Shown: piece after piece, positions 1 to 12,080 of the stretch
Layout of the letters: the number at the start of each line of letters is the position of its first letter
Position numbering within the stretch: the first letter of the stretch is position 1
Origin: Chiloscyllium plagiosum
Lineage: Eukaryota
Direction: 5' to 3'
Length of the DNA: 64,000 nt
Assembly (NCBI RefSeq): GCF_004010195.1
Contig: NC_057719.1
Location: 12,625,969-12,689,968, forward strand
Program-made: the position numbers and the translations under genes
Notes under the pieces: model-generated
The model's input: only the letters and a program-made list of their open reading frames with translations
The model's database searches: none
Told to the model about the DNA's origin: nothing

Positions 1-2580
1 ACTCCACATTCAAGGAGCTATGAACCTGCACGCCAAGGTCTCTTTGTTCAGCAACACTCCCTAGGACCTTACCATTAAGTGTATAAATCCTGCTAAAATT
101 TGCTTTCCCAAAATGCAACACCTCATATTTTTCTGAATTAAACTCCATCTATAGACAATAGGTGCAGGAGTAGGCCATTCTGCCCTTCGCGCCTGCACCA
201 CCATTCAATATGATCATGGCTGATCATCCTTAATCAGTATCCTGTTCCTGCGTTGATTCCACTATCCTTGAAAGCTCTATCCAATTCTTTCTTAAATGAA
301 TCCAGAGACTGGGCCTCCACTGCCCTCTGGGGCAGAGCATTCCACACAGCCACCACTCTCTGGGTGAAGAGGTTTCTCCTCATCTCTGTCCTAAATGGTC
401 TACCCCGTATTTTTAAGCTGTGTCCTCTGGTTCGGCACTCACCCATCAGCGGAAACATGTTTCCTGCCTCCAGAGTGTCCAATCCTTTAATAATCTTATA
501 TGTCTCAATCAGATCCCCTCTCAGTCTTCTAAACTCAAGGGTATACAAGCCCAGTCGCTCCAGTCTTTCAGCGTAAGGTAGTCCTGCCATTCCAGGAATT
601 GATCTCGTGAATCTACGCTGCACTCCCTCAATAGCCAGAATGTCTTTCCTCAAATTTGGAGACCAGAACTCCATCTGTCACCTCTCAGCCCATTGGCCCA
701 TCTGGTCAAGATCCTGTTGTAATCTGAAGTAACCCTCTTTGCTGTCCACTACACCTCCAATTTTGATGTCATCTGCAAACTTACTAACTGTACCTCTTAT
801 GCTCGCATCCAAATCATTTATGTAAATGACGAAAAGTAGAGGACCCAGCACCGATCCTTGTGGCACTCCACTGGTCACAGGCCTCCAGTCTGAAAAACAA
901 CCCTCCACCACCACCCTCTGCCTTCTACTTTTGAGCCAGTTCTGTATCCAAATGGCTAGTTCTCCCTGTATTCCGTGAGATCTAACCTTGCTAATCAATC
1001 TCCCATGGGGAACCTTGTCGAATGCCTTACCGAAGACTATATAGATCACATCTACTGCTCTGCCCTCATCAATCCTCTTTTGTTACTTCCTCAAAAAACT
1101 TAATCAAGCTTGTGAGACATGATTTCCCACGCACAAAGCCACGTTGACTATCCTTAATCAGTCCTTGCCTTTCCAAATACGTGTAACTCCTGTCCCTCAG
1201 GATTCCCTCCAACAACTTGCCCACCACCAATGTCAGGCTCACTGGTCTATAATTCTCTGGCTTGTCCTTACCACCCTTCTTAAACAGTGGCACCACATTA
1301 GCCAACTTCCAGTTTCCAGCACCTCACCTGTGACTATCGATGATACAAATATTTCAGCAAGAGGCCCAGCAATCACTTCTCTGGCTTCCCACAGAGTTCT
1401 AGGGTACACCTGATCAGATCCTGGGGATTTATCCACCTTTACCCGTTTCAAGTAATCCAGCACTTCCTCCTCTGTAATCTGGACATTTTGCAAGATGTCA
1501 CCATCTATTTCCCTGCGGTCTATATCTTCCATATCCTTTTCCACAGTAAATACTGATGCAAAAAACTAATTTAGTATCTTCCCCATTTTCTGTGGCCCAC
1601 ACAAAGGCTGCCTTGCTGATCTTTGAGGGGCCCTATTCTCTTCCTAGTTACCCTTTTGTCCTTAATGTATTTGTAAAAACTCTTTGGATTCTCCTTAATT
1701 CTATTTGCCAGAGTTATTTCATGTCCCCTTTTTTCCCCTCCTGAATTCTCTCTTAAGTATGCTCCTACTTCTTTTGTACTCTTCTAAAGATTCCTGAATC
1801 TATCCTGTCTATACCTTGCATGTGCTTCCTTCTTTTTCTTAACCAAACCCTCAATTTCTTTAGTCATCCAGCATTCCCTATACCTATCACCCTGACAGGA
1901 ATATACTTTCTCTGGATTCTTGTTGTCTCATTTCTGAAGGCTTCCCTTTACCTGCGAACATCTGCCCCCAAGCAGCTTTTGAAAGTTCTTGCCTAATACC
2001 GTCAAAATTGGCCTTTCTCCAATTTAGAACTTCAACTTTTAGATCTGGTCTACCTTTTCCATCATTATTTTAAATCTAATAGAATTATGGTCGCTGGCCC
2101 CAAAGTGCTCCCCCACTGACACCCCAGTCACCTGCCCTGCCTTATTTCCCAAGAGTAGGTCAAGTTTTGTGCCTTCTCTAGTAAGTACATCCACATTCTG
2201 AATCAGAAAATTGTCTTGTACACACTTAACAAATTCCTCTCCATCTAAACCCTTAACAGTATGGCAGTCCCAGTCTATGTTTGGAAGGTTAAAATCCCCT
2301 ACCATAACCACCCTATTATTCTTACAGATAGCTGAGATCTCCTTAAAAGTTTGTTTCTCAATTTCCTTCCGACTATTAGGGAGTCTATAATACAATCTCA
2401 TTAAGGTTATCCTCCCTTCATTATTTCTCAGTTTCACCCAAATAACTTCCCCGGATGTATTTCCAAGAATATCCTCCCTCAGCACAGCTGTAATCCTATC
2501 CCTTATCAAAAATGCCACTCCCCCTCCTCTCTTGCCTCCCTTTTTATCCTTCCTGTAGCATTTGTATCCTGGAACATTAC
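1..2580 (-). mobile_element. CR1-clade LINE ORF2 fossil (APE endonuclease + RT), frameshifted
   Basis: ORFs 2039-2518 (MVGDFNLPNIDW, ASDHN endonuclease motifs), 1069-1544 (NYRPVSLT) and 678-1049 (KAFDKVPH, GVPQGSVLGPLLF, KFADD). Confidence 0.95.
151..666 (-). mobile_element. Second CR1 3' fragment nested in the first, with 10-nt target duplication AACTCCATCT (141-150 / 667-676)
   Basis: ORF 234-674 is a CR1 ORF2 C-terminus (RRLRGDLIETYKI, TRGHSLK, WNALP). The host sequence resumes after the duplicated 10-mer. Confidence 0.88.
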
Positions 2581-3430
2581 CTCCTCAGATACTGAAGAAG
2601 TGCATGTTCAAATGCAACAAGATCTGGACATATCCAGGTTTGGGCTGGCCAGTGGCAAGTAACAACTGTGCCACATGGACAGAATGGGCAAGTTGGGCCA
2701 AAGGGCCTATTTTCATACAGTAGGCCTCTACGACTCTACATAAATGCCAGGCAATGACCATCTCCAATAAAACACAATGTCAGCAATGCCCCTTGACATT
2801 CACTGAATCACTGACTCATCCATTATCAACATTCTTGGGGTTACCAATCGACCAGAACTCAATTTGACTTGCAACATAAAAACAGTGACGACAAGAGCAA
2901 GCCAGATGCTATAAATATTGCTGTGGATAACTCACTCCGAGTTCCCAAAGCATGTCCACCATTTACAAGGCACAAATCAGGAGTGTAATGGAATACTCCC
3001 CACTTTCCAGGATGGGTGCAGCTCCAACAATAGGGGAGAAGTGTGAAATTATTCACAACAAAAGCAGCCCACTTGATTGGCAGCACATCCACAAGCATCC
3101 ATGCCCTTCACCGTGGATGCTCAGTAGCAGTAATGTGTGCTACTTACAAGATAGAATGCATAAATCACCTAAGATCCTTAGACAACACCTTCCAAACCCA
3201 TGATCACTTCTATCTGGAAGGACAGGAGCAGCAGATACATGGGCACTCCACCATCTGCAAGCCCTCAGCAAGTCATTCACCATCCTGACTTGGAAAAATA
3301 TCACCGTTCCTTCACTGTTGCTGTGTCAAAATTCTGAAATTCCTTTCCGAGCAACCTGTAGCACATAGACTGTGGCTGTTCAAGAAGGTAGCTTACCACC
3401 GTCTCCTCAAGGGCAAGTAAAGATTGGCTA
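2581..3430 (+). mobile_element. Older CR1-like LINE 3' fragment (family also at ~20920-22710 -, ~47790-48520 -, ~54212-54780 +, ~62680-64000 +)
   Basis: Copies share text such as caagatctggac..tatccaggcttgg, ccaggcaatgaccatctccaa and YKAQIRSVMEYSPL-like coding remnants. Confidence 0.8.
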
Positions 3431-4573
3431 GCCACTAGTGCCTACTAAGTTATTATGAATATCAATATGATATATATTTACATGTAAAATGGAAACTGCA
3501 TGGTAAATATGCCATAGCTTGCTGAAGATTCTAAATATAGGTTTCGAATATTAATAATTCATTGCAAGACTTTTCAAATGCATATTGACTCATATCTGCA
3601 GACCTCGTCCACTTAAAAGTTGCTTGAAGATGAAGGGTGATATATAGTAGTTCACATGAAGGATCATGGAAATCTCTTCCCCAAACAGCTGGTCATTTGG
3701 AGGCGAATTGAAAATTTCAAAACCAAGATTGGTAGATCTCTTTTGCTAGGCAAGAATATCAAGCAATTTGGAGTTAAGGCAGGTAAATTCACGAAGATGC
3801 ACTAAAGCCAAGTTCCAATTAAATGATGAAAGAGACTCAAGTGGCTGAATGATCTTCTTTGTTGTATTTTCCTGTAATCTTTGACTTTTTACTAGCTGAT
3901 TGGTTAGTACAGTATTACAATAAAACAGGTGATGTACACATCATTGTTTCCATGCATTAGTAGTCCTTTTATGTTAACCTTTAACATTGAACCTGCTTAT
4001 TTAAACATATAAAATAGCTATTGACTATGTAGTAATAGGTGTTATATAGCAGTTTGTGGTGAGGGGCCAAGTTTCTGAAGTCTGTCACCATTTCGTGTTT
4101 AAAAAGAAGCCTTACTAATTTATTATTTTGAATTAAAATCCTTGAGTTGGTAACACTGACTTTTTGGTAGTATGTTAAACTGAATGGGTATAATGCTGCG
4201 AGGTGCTTTCTGTCATTGTATTTCACTCCAGAGGTGATGCTGTATCCTCTACAAATAGTTACAAAACAGCAAGACTCAGAAATTTGCGTGTTTGCCAGTA
4301 CCTAAACCGTTAAACTATGTTTACAGTGCTCAGACATTCCTACATAAATTCAGTATCAAAGTTCTGAAAATTGGATATGGAATTCTGAAAGCATTCTCAT
4401 GATTCAAATGCTGCACGTAACAGTTAGAATATATTATTTCCTTCTAATTTTACTCCTTTCTGGATCTTGTTGTTATATATTAAGACCATTCAGCCACAAA
4501 TATTTTTTGTTCTAAAATATATGATCGGAGTCATTCTGGCCACTTATCGAATATTTTGGTTCTATACTGTCAG

Positions 4574-4648
4574 GTGCAGATTTAGAGCAGTCTTTGCTGA
4601 GCTTCGAGAAGTTGGACAGAGCTTCACCAGATTTATGGCCAGAACAAA
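4574..4648 (+). CDS. LIN52: LIN52 internal coding exon (equivalent to human exon 2), phase 1-1, 75 nt: (G)ADLEQSLLSFEKLDRASPDLWPEQ
   Basis: Acceptor ctgtcag| and donor |gtaag. The translation carries the LIN52 LxSxExL pocket-protein-binding motif (LLSFEKL) and the DYRK1A-type RASP site, recognised from the known protein. Confidence 0.96.
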
Positions 4649-5018
4649 GTAAGATATTTTTATTATAATTTGAAATCTTGCATAATACTGTCAATGAATA
4701 TGATATCAAATGATTAGCTTAAACTGAACAATTCAATGTAGAAGGCAATGAAAGTTATCATATAGGAGGCCCATTTGGTTTAAAAGTATGAGATCTCATG
4801 AGCACCACATGATGCAAATTGTGCATCTATGAAGTAAACCAAACATTTCATAGAGAGAGTCCACAGTGAGTGAACACATCCGACTGCCCAATGCAGGGAG
4901 TGGATTGGATGCCACTTTTGCATAGTGTTTCACAGCAAAACCATGGGCTGAAAAGCCACAGGCAACTGGTGGGCTGAACATCTCACAGTAGCAAAAGATG
5001 TTTCTTAAACTGCTGTAA

Positions 5019-5370
5019 ATCATAGAATTTCTACAGTATGGGAGTAGGCCATTTGGCCCATATAGTCCACACCAACCCTCCAAAGAACAGCCCACCCATA
5101 GCCACCATCCTACCCGATTCCTATAACCCATTATTTCCCATGGCTAACCCACCTAGCCTGCACATCCCTGGACACTGTGGGCAATTTAGTGGAGCCAGTC
5201 CACCTAACCTACATATCTTTGGACTGAGGGAGGAAACTGAAGCACCCGGAGGAAACCCAAGCAGTCACGGGGAGAATGTGCAAACTCCACGCAGTTGCCC
5301 AAGGGTTTAATTGAACCCAGGTCCATGGTGCTGTGAGGCATCAGTACTAACCACTGAGCCATCGTGCTGC
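5019..5370 (-). mobile_element. HE1-type tRNA-derived shark SINE
   Basis: Reverse complement shows a tRNA-like head (tggctcagtggttag...gggttcaat), the conserved core (ttctccccgtg...gggtttcctccggg) and a CR1-like tail. Confidence 0.88.
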
Positions 5371-5597
5371 TCCAAATTACATTAAAGATTTGTAAAAATT
5401 AACAGACCTATGAAAATATGAAAGATGGTATAAGCAGAACAGTTCGTATTATGCAATATCGGAGATGACTGAAATAAACTCAGTGTGTTACGTACATTGC
5501 TGTCAAGTGTAGTTTCCTAAAATGGATGTGTAAAAGATAGTACACTATTCTTGCAGAGATTTAAGCTTAGACTATTGATAATATAAAGCTCCCTTAT

Positions 5598-5884
5598 TCT
5601 GGCCCAAGTCCACATCGACCCTCCAAAGAGTAACTAACCCAAACCCATTCATACCCTATTACTCTACATTTCCCCTACTAATGCACCTAACCTACACATC
5701 CCTGGACACTATGGGCAATTTAGTATGGCCAATTCACCTGTCCTGCACACCTTTGGACTGTGGGAGGAAACCCACACAGATATGGGGAGAATGTGCAAAC
5801 TCCACACACAGTTGCCCAAGGCTGGAATCGAACCTGTGTCCCTGCGCTGTGAGGCAGCAATGCTAACCACTGAGCCACCACCAT
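5598..5884 (-). mobile_element. HE1-type SINE
   Basis: Same head and core as the other copies. Confidence 0.85.
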
Positions 5885-6215
5885 TCCTGTCTGAGCTTGT
5901 TTTAAGACTCCTATGTGAAATACATTTGAGAGGCCCAAATCCAGTTTCTAGTGCGTAAGAACTGTTTCAAATTTGGCAGTTTTATTCCAAGGTGAGATAT
6001 CTGGTATGAGAATCTCTCAACAGTTCTGAAAGTGTGTCCTATTTCTGGGGCATAATGTTAGGACAGAGCAAAGAGAGATTTCCTGTCTATGCCCTAAGTT
6101 GGAACTGCCATGACGTCTCCAAAGAGAAACAGTATTCTGTAATTCAGTACTGACATTTTTTGCATTGATAGTAGTTTTACAAAAAAAAATCACACAATCT
6201 CCTTGTATCTTTCAG

Positions 6216-6253
6216 TGCCAGGGGTAGCGGAATTTGCAGCATCTTTCAAAAGT
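6216..6253 (+). CDS. LIN52: LIN52 internal coding exon (exon 3 equivalent), phase 1-0, 38 nt: (M)PGVAEFAASFKS
   Basis: Acceptor tatctttcag| and donor |gtaagt. Phase matches the previous exon and the peptide matches LIN52. Confidence 0.96.
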
Positions 6254-6497
6254 GTAAGTATTTTTGTGCAACTTGATGTCCTGATAAATTATTAGTTATA
6301 TTGTGGTTGCTATTTCAGTCTCTATTATTATTATTATGTTCCACCTTATTAGTGCAGGCCAAAAATTCAAGAAATTCCTCAAATATTCAAGAAATAGTAA
6401 GTAATTTTGTGCAAAATTGAAATTCCTATTGGGAAGAAGAAAGCCTGCAAAAGTTATTACAAGAGAAATGTCATTTCAATTATTGTAGATAGTTTAT

Positions 6498-6836
6498 AGA
6501 GTCAGGGAGGTCTGCAGTACCGAAAAAGGTCTTCTGGCTCATCAAGTCTGTGCTGGTCAAAAAAGAAACACCTAATTATTCTAACCCAATCTTCTAGCAC
6601 TTGACCCATGGTATTGTAAATCTTAGCATTGCAAGTTTACATCCAAGTACTATTAATGTTACGAGGGTTTTTGTCTCTATCACCCTTACGGGCAGTGAAT
6701 TCCAAATTCCCACCAGGTGGAGAGGAGAAAAAAGGTTTCCTCACATCCCCACTAAACCTCCTGCCATTACTTTAAATCTATGTCGCCCTGGTCATTGATC
6801 CCTCTACCAAGGGGAAAAGTTTCTTTCCATCTACCT
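6498..6836 (-). mobile_element. Decayed CR1 3' end
   Basis: Reverse-strand CR1 3' text (cctctaccaaggggaaaag, gggcagtgaattccaaattcccacc). Confidence 0.7.
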
Positions 6837-6874
6837 TTGTATAATGATTGGCTCCAAGTCAAATTAAAGCTTAG

Positions 6875-9095
6875 ACTTGACTGAATATTTTTGAAGAAGT
6901 AACAAAAATGATTGAGGGCGGAGTGGTGGATATATCCATAAGGACTTCAGTAAGGCATTTGATAAAGTTTCTCATGGTAGACTGGCTAGCAAGGAAAATT
7001 GGGAGAACTAGCCATTTGGACACAGAACTGGTTCAAAGGTAGAAGACAGACAGTGGTGGTAGAGGGTTACTTTTCAGACTGGAGGTCTATGACCAGCGGT
7101 GCACCACAAGGATTGGTTCAGGGTCCACTATTTATTGTCAATTATATAAATGATTTCAATATGAACATAGAAGGAGGTACAGTTCGTAAGTTTGCAGATA
7201 ACACCAAAATTGGCAGTGTAGTGGGTAGCGAAGAAGGTTATCTTCTTGATCAGATGGACCAAGGAGTGGCAGATGGAGTTTAATTTAGATAAATGAGGTG
7301 CTGCATTTTGGAAAGGCAAATCAGAGCAGAACTTATACACTTAATGGAAAGGTCCTGGGGAGTATTGCTGAACACAGAAATTTTAGAGTGCGGGTTCATA
7401 ATTTCTTGAAAGTGGAGTCACAGGTTAATAGGATAGTGAAGAAGGCGTTTAGTATGCTTACCTTTATTGGTCAGTGAGTTGAGTATAGGAGTTGGGAGGT
7501 CATGTTGCGGCTGTACAGGACATTGGTTAGGCCACTTTTGGAATACTGCATGCAGTCCTGGTCTCCCTGCTATCGGAAGGCTGTTGTGAAACTCGAAATG
7601 TTTCAGAGAGGATTTCTAAGGATGTTGCCAGGATAGAGGTTTTGAGCTAAAGGCAGAGGCTTTTTAGGCTGGGTGGGCGTCGGAGGCTGAGGAATGATCT
7701 TATGGACGTTTACAAAATAATGAGGGGTGTGGATAAGGTGAATAGATAAGGACTTTTCCCAGTGTGTGGGAGTCTAAAACTAGAGAGCAAAAGTTAAGGT
7801 GAGAGGGGAAAGATTTAAAGGGGATTTAAAGGGCAACATTTTCACACAGAGGGTGGTGCATGTATGGAATGGGCTGCCAGAAGAAGTGGGGGAGGCTGGA
7901 GCAATTACAACATGTAAAAGGCATCTGAATGGGTATATGAATAGGACCAATGCTGGCAAATGGGACTCTATAGTTAAATATGTGGACGACACAAAAATAG
8001 GCCTAACGGTAAGTTGCAATGAGGAAATAAGAACCTTACAAATGGATATAAATAGGTTAGGAGAGTGGGCCAAAATGTGACAGATGGAGTTTAACATGGA
8101 TAAGTGCAAGGTCGAAAAAATGGGAAGGCAACGTATTATCTTAAAATACAGGAAATCTCTCTTTGGTCTGTCCTAACATTATGCCCCAGAAATGCCTTTC
8201 AGAACTGTTGAGAGATTTTTTTAGTTTCTCATACCAGCTATCACTTTGGAATAGTTTTTACCTCTCAAATGCATTTCACAAAAGGAGTCTTAAAACAAGC
8301 TCAGACTTGGGATGCTCCAGTGCAGAAGGATCTAGGTGCACCTGTTCATGAGTCACAGAAAACTGGCATGCAGGTACAGCAGACAATAAAGAATGTTTCT
8401 TTTATATCTAAAGGAATAGAATATAGTGGTAAGGAAGTATTTTTGCAACTATACAAACTATTGATGAGACCACAGCTGTAGTATTATGTGCAGTTTTGGT
8501 CCTCTTATTTGAGAAAAGATGAAGTGGCATTGGATGCAGTTCAGAGGAGGTTCACTAGATTGATCGCAGAGATGAGGGGTTTGTTGTATGAAGAGAGATT
8601 GAACAGTTTAGGCCTATACATTCTGGAATTTAAAGGAATGAGGGGAGATCAAATTGAGGTATTCAAGATGATAAAAGATGTGGATAAAATAGATGTGGAG
8701 CAGATGCTTCCTCTTATGGGGCATTCAAGGATGAGAGGTCACAGTCTTAGGATAAAGGGCAGCAAATTTAAAACCCTTGAGGAGAAACTACTTCTCCCAA
8801 AGGGTTGTGAATCTGTGGAATTTGCTACCCCATAGTGCGGTGGATGCTGGGACAGTGAGTAAATTTAAGGAGGAGTTAGACGTTTTTAATTGGTAATGGG
8901 TTGAAGGGATGTGGAGAGAAGGTGGGAAAATGGGGGTGAGGAGCATATCAGCCATGATCGAATAGTGGTGCAGACCTGATGGACCGAATGACCTAATTCT
9001 GCTCCTATATTTTATGAACATATTAATTTAGGATATGTGGTTGGCATGCATGAGTTGGTCTGAAGGATCTGTTTCCATGCTGTATGACTCTAAGA
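6875..9095 (+). mobile_element. Two nested or adjacent CR1 RT/3' fragments
   Basis: ORFs 6999-7283, 7799-8080, 8269-8481 and 8488-8835 carry CR1 RT and C-terminal motifs, with many stops and frameshifts. Confidence 0.9.
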
Positions 9096-9693
9096 TTTTA
9101 TTCTTTGCATCTCTCAGCTGACTTTCTTGCCAAACTCAATCGTTAGCAGACTTGGCCTTCTCAACTAAACTGCTGATAAATGTTATCAGAAGGTGAGGCT
9201 CTAGTGCTGATCCTTTTCATTGCTCTGCTAAGTTATAGTCTATCAACCAAAAAATAGCCAGTTCAAGCTTACTCAGTTAAAGTTTCCCGTCCATTAATCA
9301 TTTGTCAATCCATACTGAATAGCTCTGCAACACAATTTCCATTCCTTTTCCTCCTATTAAGTTTGACAGTTGAAATCACTTCAGGGGCTGGTATCCCATC
9401 ACCAAGTCATCCTTTATTTTCATGTGCACAGTACATTGGCTCTGACCAGCCAGCTCAGAGCCAGTCCCTACAATGAGGAGACACTCTGAATCTCCTGTTT
9501 ATATTTTATTAACCAGTACAAATTACACATAAAGTTAACATTAACAGCAATATACAAGAAACAGTAATTTACAGGGGAAAGGAGCAGCAAAGCCAGACCC
9601 CTAACCCCACTGTACAATCAGTTCACAGGGAAATGAGGACAAACCTCGAATCCCACCTTACAGTAAATGCAAACCAGGCAGTCCAATAAACCG

Positions 9694-11173
9694 CTGAAAA
9701 TGTGTTGCTGGAAATGCGCAGCAGGTCAGGCAGCATCCAAGGAACAGGAGAATCGACATTTCAGGCATAAGCCCTTCTTCAGGAATGAGGAAAGTGTGTC
9801 GAGCAGGCTAAGATAAAAGGTAGGGAGGAGGGACTTGGGGGAGGGGCATTGGAAATGCGATAGGTCGAAGGAGGTCAAGGTGAGGGTGATAGGCCGGAGT
9901 GGGGTGGGGGCGGAGAGGTCAGGAAGAAGATTNNNNNNNNNNNNNNNNNNNNNNNNNNNNNNNNNNNNNNNNNNNNNNNNNNNNNNNNNNNNNNNNNNNN
10001 NNNNNNNNNNNNNNNNNNNNNNNNNNNNNNNNNNNNNNNNNNNNNNNNNNNNNNNNNNNNNNNNNNNNNNNNNNNNNNNNNNNNNNNNNNNNNNNNNNNN
10101 NNNNNNNNNNNNNNNNNNNNNNNNNNNNNNNNNNNNNNNNNNNNNNNNNNNNNNNNNNNNNNNNNNNNNNNNNNNNNNNNNNNNNNNNNNNNNNNNNNNN
10201 NNNNNNNNNNNNNNNNNNNNNNNNNNNNNNNNNNNNNNNNNNNNNNNNNNNNNNNNNNNNNNNNNNNNNNNNNNNNNNNNNNNNNNNNNNNNNNNNNNNN
10301 NNNNNNNNNNNNNNNNNNNNNNNNNNNNNNNNNNNNNNNNNNNNNNNNNNNNNNNNNNNNNNNNNNNNNNNNNNNNNNNNNNNNNNNNNNNNNNNNNNNN
10401 NNNNNNNNNNNNNNNNNNNNNNNNNNNNNNNNNNNNNNNNNNNNNNNNNNNNNNNNNNNNNNNNNNNNNNNNNNNNNNNNNNNNNNNNNNNNNNNNNNNN
10501 NNNNNNNNNNNNNNNNNNNNNNNNNNNNNNNNNNNNNNNNNNNNNNNNNNNNNNNNNNNNNNNNNNNNNNNNNNNNNNNNNNNNNNNNNNNNNNNNNNNN
10601 NNNNNNNNNNNNNNNNNNNNNNNNNNNNNNNNNNNNNNNNNNNNNNNNNNNNNNNNNNNNNNNNNNNNNNNNNNNNNNNNNNNNNNNNNNNNNNNNNNNN
10701 NNNNNNNNNNNNNNAGGTCGGGGTGGAAGGTGTTAGTAAAGTGGATGAACTGTTCAACCTCCTCGTGGGAGCACGAGGTAGCGCTGATACAGTCATCGAT
10801 GTAGCAGAGGAAAAGGTGGGGGGTGTTGCCAGTGTAGCTGCAGAAGATGGACTGTTCCACATATCCTACGAAGAGTCAGGCATAGCTGGGGCCCATGCGG
10901 GTGCCCATGGCTACTCCTTTGGTTTGGAGGAAGTGGGAGGATTGGAAAGAGAAGTTGTTCAGTGTGAGGACCAGTTCAGTCAGTCGAAGGAGGGTGTCAG
11001 TGGAAGGGTACTGGTTTGTACAGCGGGAAAGGAAGAAGCGGAGGGCTTTGAATCCTTAGTGATGGGGGATGGAGGTGTACAGGGACTAGATGTCCATGGT
11101 GAAGATAAGGCGTTGGGGACTGGGGAAGCGCAAATCATGGAGGAGGTGGAGGGCGTGGGTGGTGTCCCGAACT
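9694..11173 (-). mobile_element. Penelope-like element, 5'-truncated, RT with stop codons, spanning the gap; 14-nt flanking duplication
   Basis: Minus-strand translation FTMDI*SLYTSIP...KGVAMGTRMGPSYA...FLCYIDD. Flanks agtccaataaaccg (9680-9693) and agtccgataaaccg (11174-11187). Confidence 0.9.
9933..10714. other. Assembly gap (782 N)
   Basis: Run of N. Confidence 1.
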
Positions 11174-11502
11174 AGTCCGATAAACCGAACAATAAAACAG
11201 TGCATATATCATAGACACCCCTGGCAACCAGCAAACCATCCGTCTCTCCCACCTTCCAGCCACGCAAAGGCAGCAAACCCCTCCGCCCGTTCTGGTTCTC
11301 GGTCCACCCCCAAGTCCCTTCCGGCTCTCAGTCTGCCCTGACACCTTCTGGCCACCTCTAGGACAGCCTGTCCTTTGTCCAGCCCCGCCCCCCAGGATGA
11401 CAGTTACCAGGACAGCCTACCCACCTTCCAGCTTCCCAACCACCCTCTCACGCCTTCGGGCCACCTCTAGAACAGCCTGCCCTGGTACTTGCCCGGGGTG
11501 AC

Positions 11503-12080
11503 TGTGAAGGGGTCTCCTGGTTCCACGATCGGCCAAATCATCAACAGGAATGCGGTCTGCTTCAGCAAGGTTTCACAGTTTATTACGACGCCAAGCACAA
11601 GTTTGTCCAGCAACACAGAAGTTAAAAGCTTCTGTGTTCCTTGGAGAAACTGCACAATTTCACTTGGAACAAAGGCAATTTTTATATATTTCTTAAGAAA
11701 TAGTACAGCCTTAATTGCAGAGTAAATTCAATGAAGTGTAATAAAATGACATAATGGACAGCAAGTTAACCCAATGATATTTTCTGGGAAACAAAGTTGT
11801 TTACTACACATTATCTCTTCGCACTTGCATTTCAAGGTTAGCTGGATGGTTAGTAATGTCCTATCTAGCTTAGTTAATTCTATACTGTGAAGGCTCTATT
11901 TTCTGCTTTATCTTTTGATTCACTTAGCTCAGCAAGGCAGGAATGCAGCTTTTAGCAGGGTGAGAAACCATTTTAAACATAATGTTAATTTGCAGCCTGA
12001 AGCCATTTTGTTATGTTACTTTGCATTAAGAAGCCATTTTGTGGTTAATAAAAGCATGCATAAAATGGTTGCTCCTGACA
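11503..12080 (-). mobile_element. AT-rich LTR-like insert interrupting a GC-rich tandem repeat
   Basis: Starts TG and ends CA, with an abrupt composition change. Minus-strand TATA (11682-11690) and AATAAA (11580-11585). Host repeat resumes afterwards. TSD is ambiguous. Confidence 0.55.

Noticed and set aside
4648..6217. In-frame ATG formed across the exon junction (A|TG) as a start for an isoform lacking the LxSxExL motif
   Set aside because: Weak Kozak context (C at -3 and +4) and no supporting evidence. Most simply a conservative substitution.
6370..6390. gaaattcctcaaatattc resembles my recollection of the human last-exon codons for KFLNI
   Set aside because: Wrong position in the gene, has an extra base, and lacks flanking similarity. 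Better explained by a local 20-nt repeat.
9726..11175. Long 300-446 aa ORFs in the track
   Set aside because: Artefacts of the N run. The only real coding content is the stop-interrupted PLE RT on the minus strand.
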